A model generated the notes under the pieces. It worked only from the letters and a program-made list of their open reading frames with translations, ran no database searches and had not been told where the DNA came from. The position numbers and the translations under genes are program-made. Of a stretch of DNA of 64,000 bases, positions 61,595 to 64,000 are shown in pieces (position 1 is the first letter of the stretch; each line of letters opens with the position of its first letter). Origin of the DNA: Bdellovibrionales bacterium (GTDB lineage Bacteria; Bdellovibrionota; Bdellovibrionia; Bdellovibrionales; UBA1609); assembly GCA_965200875.1 (NCBI GenBank), contig OZ241456.1, positions 672,001 through 736,000 on the forward strand, in the 5' to 3' direction.

Positions 61595-62254
61595 ATGAAA
61601 AAAGAATTTTTAGTAAATAATAAAATGAACTACCGGGTACAAATAGGAGAGAAGGTTTTTATTTTAACTCGCAGTGAGTTGTTTTTGAGGATTTTTGACG
61701 AAGTTTTGGGTCAAACAACAAAAATACAAAGAGCCGGCGAGTCAGTTTGGCGTAGTTTGAATGAAACTGCTGAATGGAATTTAATATGTGGCTTTGAAAA
61801 AGATAAGAAAATATGGACTTTGCTTCTTCCAGTTGGTCGCAAATTGGCTTGTTTCCAAAATTATTTGCCAGTGAAGAAAAAACAGCCTGTGCCAGAATTT
61901 TCAAATCAGATAATAAAACAGAAAAAATATGTTTTTAAACAGAAAGGGCCTTACAGTACAAAGCAGATTTCTTTCTTTTTGAAAATGGGGATTTGTTCAG
62001 ACAGGGATTTTATTTGGAGAGAACCATTTAAAAAGTGGAAAAAAATTTCTTTGGTTTCAGAATTTTCTACAAATCCTGCTCAGACAATAAAAGATATTTT
62101 AACTCAACAGCACAGAAAATACATTTCCAAGAGGGTAAAAATGATTCGTTATTCTCCTTCTCAGCCGGCTTTGGATTGGCTTGAATTGCAGAAAACAGTA
62201 CAAAATTTTCAGAAAGAGTCAGTTTATGAAAAAGAGGCCAGAGAGTCTGAATGA
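61595..62254 (+). CDS. Hypothetical protein with GYF_2-like domain
   Basis: QKGPYS...DFIWRE...W pattern. Confidence 0.55.
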   Translation: MKKEFLVNNKMNYRVQIGEKVFILTRSELFLRIFDEVLGQTTKIQRAGESVWRSLNETAEWNLICGFEKDKKIWTLLLPVGRKLACFQNYLPVKKKQPVPEFSNQIIKQKKYVFKQKGPYSTKQISFFLKMGICSDRDFIWREPFKKWKKISLVSEFSTNPAQTIKDILTQQHRKYISKRVKMIRYSPSQPALDWLELQKTVQNFQKESVYEKEARESE

Positions 62255-62438
62255 TATGGTTGATTTGCGGGATTTATGGTGCTACCTTCAGGATTTATGG
62301 TGTTGCCTTTTAAAGTAAAGGCTTTTGTCACTGAATTGGCTTAACATGTACAAAAAAAGTATTACTTTTTCACGCCCGCCGGATATGGTGTTTTTTGGAA
62401 TTTGAGTTTCATTCAAGCAAGAAAGAAGGAGTATAAAA

Positions 62439-63494
62439 TTGGTATTCGAGAAAATTGAGCGATATGGAGATCATGAGCAAATTGTTTTTTTTAATGAGCC
62501 TTCTGTGAATTTAAAAGGTATTATTGCCATTCACAACACTTCTCTTGGCCCTGCTCTGGGGGGGTGTCGTATGTGGCCGTATGCTTCCGAACAGGAAGCT
62601 TTGGTGGATGTGTTGAAATTATCCAGAGGAATGACCTATAAAGCCGCAGTGGCGGGTTTGGAGCAAGGAGGCGGAAAATCTGTTATTATCTATGATCCCA
62701 AACAGAAAACACCGGATTTGTTTAAAGCTTTTGGGCGTTTTGTGCATTCTTTAAATGGTGCATACATTACAGCGGAAGATGTAGGAACTAATGTGCGGGA
62801 TATGGAATATATCAGGGAAAGCACTCCTTTTGTGACGGGTTTATCAAAAGAGAGGGGAGGTTCTGGAGATCCCAGTCCTTTTACGGCCCAAAGTACTCTT
62901 GTGGGAATAAAAGCGGCTGTTTCTCATAAATTAAATAAAAGCTCACTGGAGGGTTTGAAAGTGGCTGTTCAGGGAATAGGCAATGTAGGCTGGTATCTGT
63001 CTGAATATTTGTTACAGGAGGGTTGTAAGTTGATTATATGTGATATTTTTGATCAAAAAGCCTTGGATTTTCAAAAAAAGCACCCCCAAGTAAAGGTAGT
63101 TCACCATGAAAGCATTTATGATGAGCAATGTGATATTTTTTCTCCATGCGCTTTGGGAGCTATTATTAATCCAAAAACTCTGAAAAGATTAAAATGTGCT
63201 ATTATTGCCGGAGCGGCAAACAATCAGCTGGATGTTATAAAAACAGAAGATGATATTCGGGATAAAAATATACTTTATGCTCCTGACTTTGTGATTAATG
63301 CAGGAGGGGTTATTAGTGTTTCTGTGGAGTCTCAAGGTAAATACTCTCCTGAAGAGGCTCAGCGTAGAATTAATGATATATATTATGTTTTAAAAGAAAT
63401 TTTTTTTCGTTCAGAAAAAGAAAAGAAAAACCCCACGGATGTGGCAAAAGAAGTGGCCAACAGCAAAATCAGACAAAAAACACTGATTAATTAG
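62439..63494 (+). CDS. ldh: Leucine dehydrogenase
   Basis: HEQIVF, GPALGGCRM, GMTYK, TAEDVGT, GAANNQL. Confidence 0.92.
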   Translation: MVFEKIERYGDHEQIVFFNEPSVNLKGIIAIHNTSLGPALGGCRMWPYASEQEALVDVLKLSRGMTYKAAVAGLEQGGGKSVIIYDPKQKTPDLFKAFGRFVHSLNGAYITAEDVGTNVRDMEYIRESTPFVTGLSKERGGSGDPSPFTAQSTLVGIKAAVSHKLNKSSLEGLKVAVQGIGNVGWYLSEYLLQEGCKLIICDIFDQKALDFQKKHPQVKVVHHESIYDEQCDIFSPCALGAIINPKTLKRLKCAIIAGAANNQLDVIKTEDDIRDKNILYAPDFVINAGGVISVSVESQGKYSPEEAQRRINDIYYVLKEIFFRSEKEKKNPTDVAKEVANSKIRQKTLIN

Positions 63495-63521
63495 TTGGCT
63501 GTAATAGCAGGAATTATCATC

Positions 63522-64000
63522 ATGGCTAAGCAGAGCTTTTCAGAAACAAAAGAGCGTGATCCTCTTTCTGTATTTGTTAAAAAATCTCATTCTTGGGCAC
63601 TTCAATATTTTCGCCCTTTTCTTTTCTTATTGATAACCAGTATTTCGATTTTTGGTTTGTCTCTTTTTTATTCTTATTGGCAAAAGCGTGAAAATAAAAA
63701 GTCGGAAGAGCTTTTATATCAGGCTAGAAAAGAGTTATCGCTTGCAGAAAAGAAGGCAGGTGGAAATATATTGAATTTTGACAGCGGTCAAAATTTTTTT
63801 GAGCAAGCTAAAAAAGCCAAATACAACTCTGAAATAAATGAAAGGGTGAATAAATATATAAATCAAATTGACAAATGGATTGCTCAGCCATCGGGTTTGT
63901 TATCAGCAATGGAAATGGTTTATTTTTTGCGGAAATATGAAAAATCAGAATTGGCGATGGAACTGTTAAATAAAGCAGTTCTTCATAAGAAAAAAAACAT
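63522..64000 (+). CDS. Membrane-anchored helical protein (YfgM/TPR-like), runs off window
   Basis: ATG 63522 with AGGA SD; one TM helix, then open to the end. Confidence 0.55.
   Translation, partial: MAKQSFSETKERDPLSVFVKKSHSWALQYFRPFLFLLITSISIFGLSLFYSYWQKRENKKSEELLYQARKELSLAEKKAGGNILNFDSGQNFFEQAKKAKYNSEINERVNKYINQIDKWIAQPSGLLSAMEMVYFLRKYEKSELAMELLNKAVLHKKKN

Overview
AT-rich bacterial chromosome segment, most likely Bdellovibrionota. This is inferred from an FHA-GGDEF DgcB-like cyclase, the mevalonate enzyme MvaD, a short-type ValRS, and many FliA/sigma28 promoters; eukaryote-like repeat proteins hint at a host-associated lineage. The housekeeping backbone is murF, orn, tRNA-Ser(GGA), glmM, nnr, tsaE, iscS, LysR, PIN-PhoH, gdh, pyrD, IHF, yebC, valS, FAH, purN, mvaD, ahpC, bfr, VKOR-DsbA and ldh. 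Four accessory zones interrupt it. (1) 8.9-13.3 kb: a pre-toxin-TG protein, an Rpn nuclease, and resolvase and type III Res remnants. (2) 27.8-36 kb: an Rpn nuclease with an extra stand-alone copy of its internal antitoxin module, directly downstream of an orphan type I-F mini-CRISPR array with two identical spacers; a terminase remnant; and a modular array of secreted pentapeptide/LRR genes whose last 3' flank holds an exact Cas12a-type repeat handle. (3) 40.4-50.7 kb: bracketed by two inverted copies of a structured MITE-like element, containing an Avs2-like STAND defence gene split at an A8 tract. (4) 50.8-56.1 kb: three pilin-like genes, one a ~930-aa Cys-repeat giant, behind a C9 tract. 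No cas, reverse transcriptase, integrase or intact transposase gene is visible. All family calls come from motif recognition by eye, not database searches.
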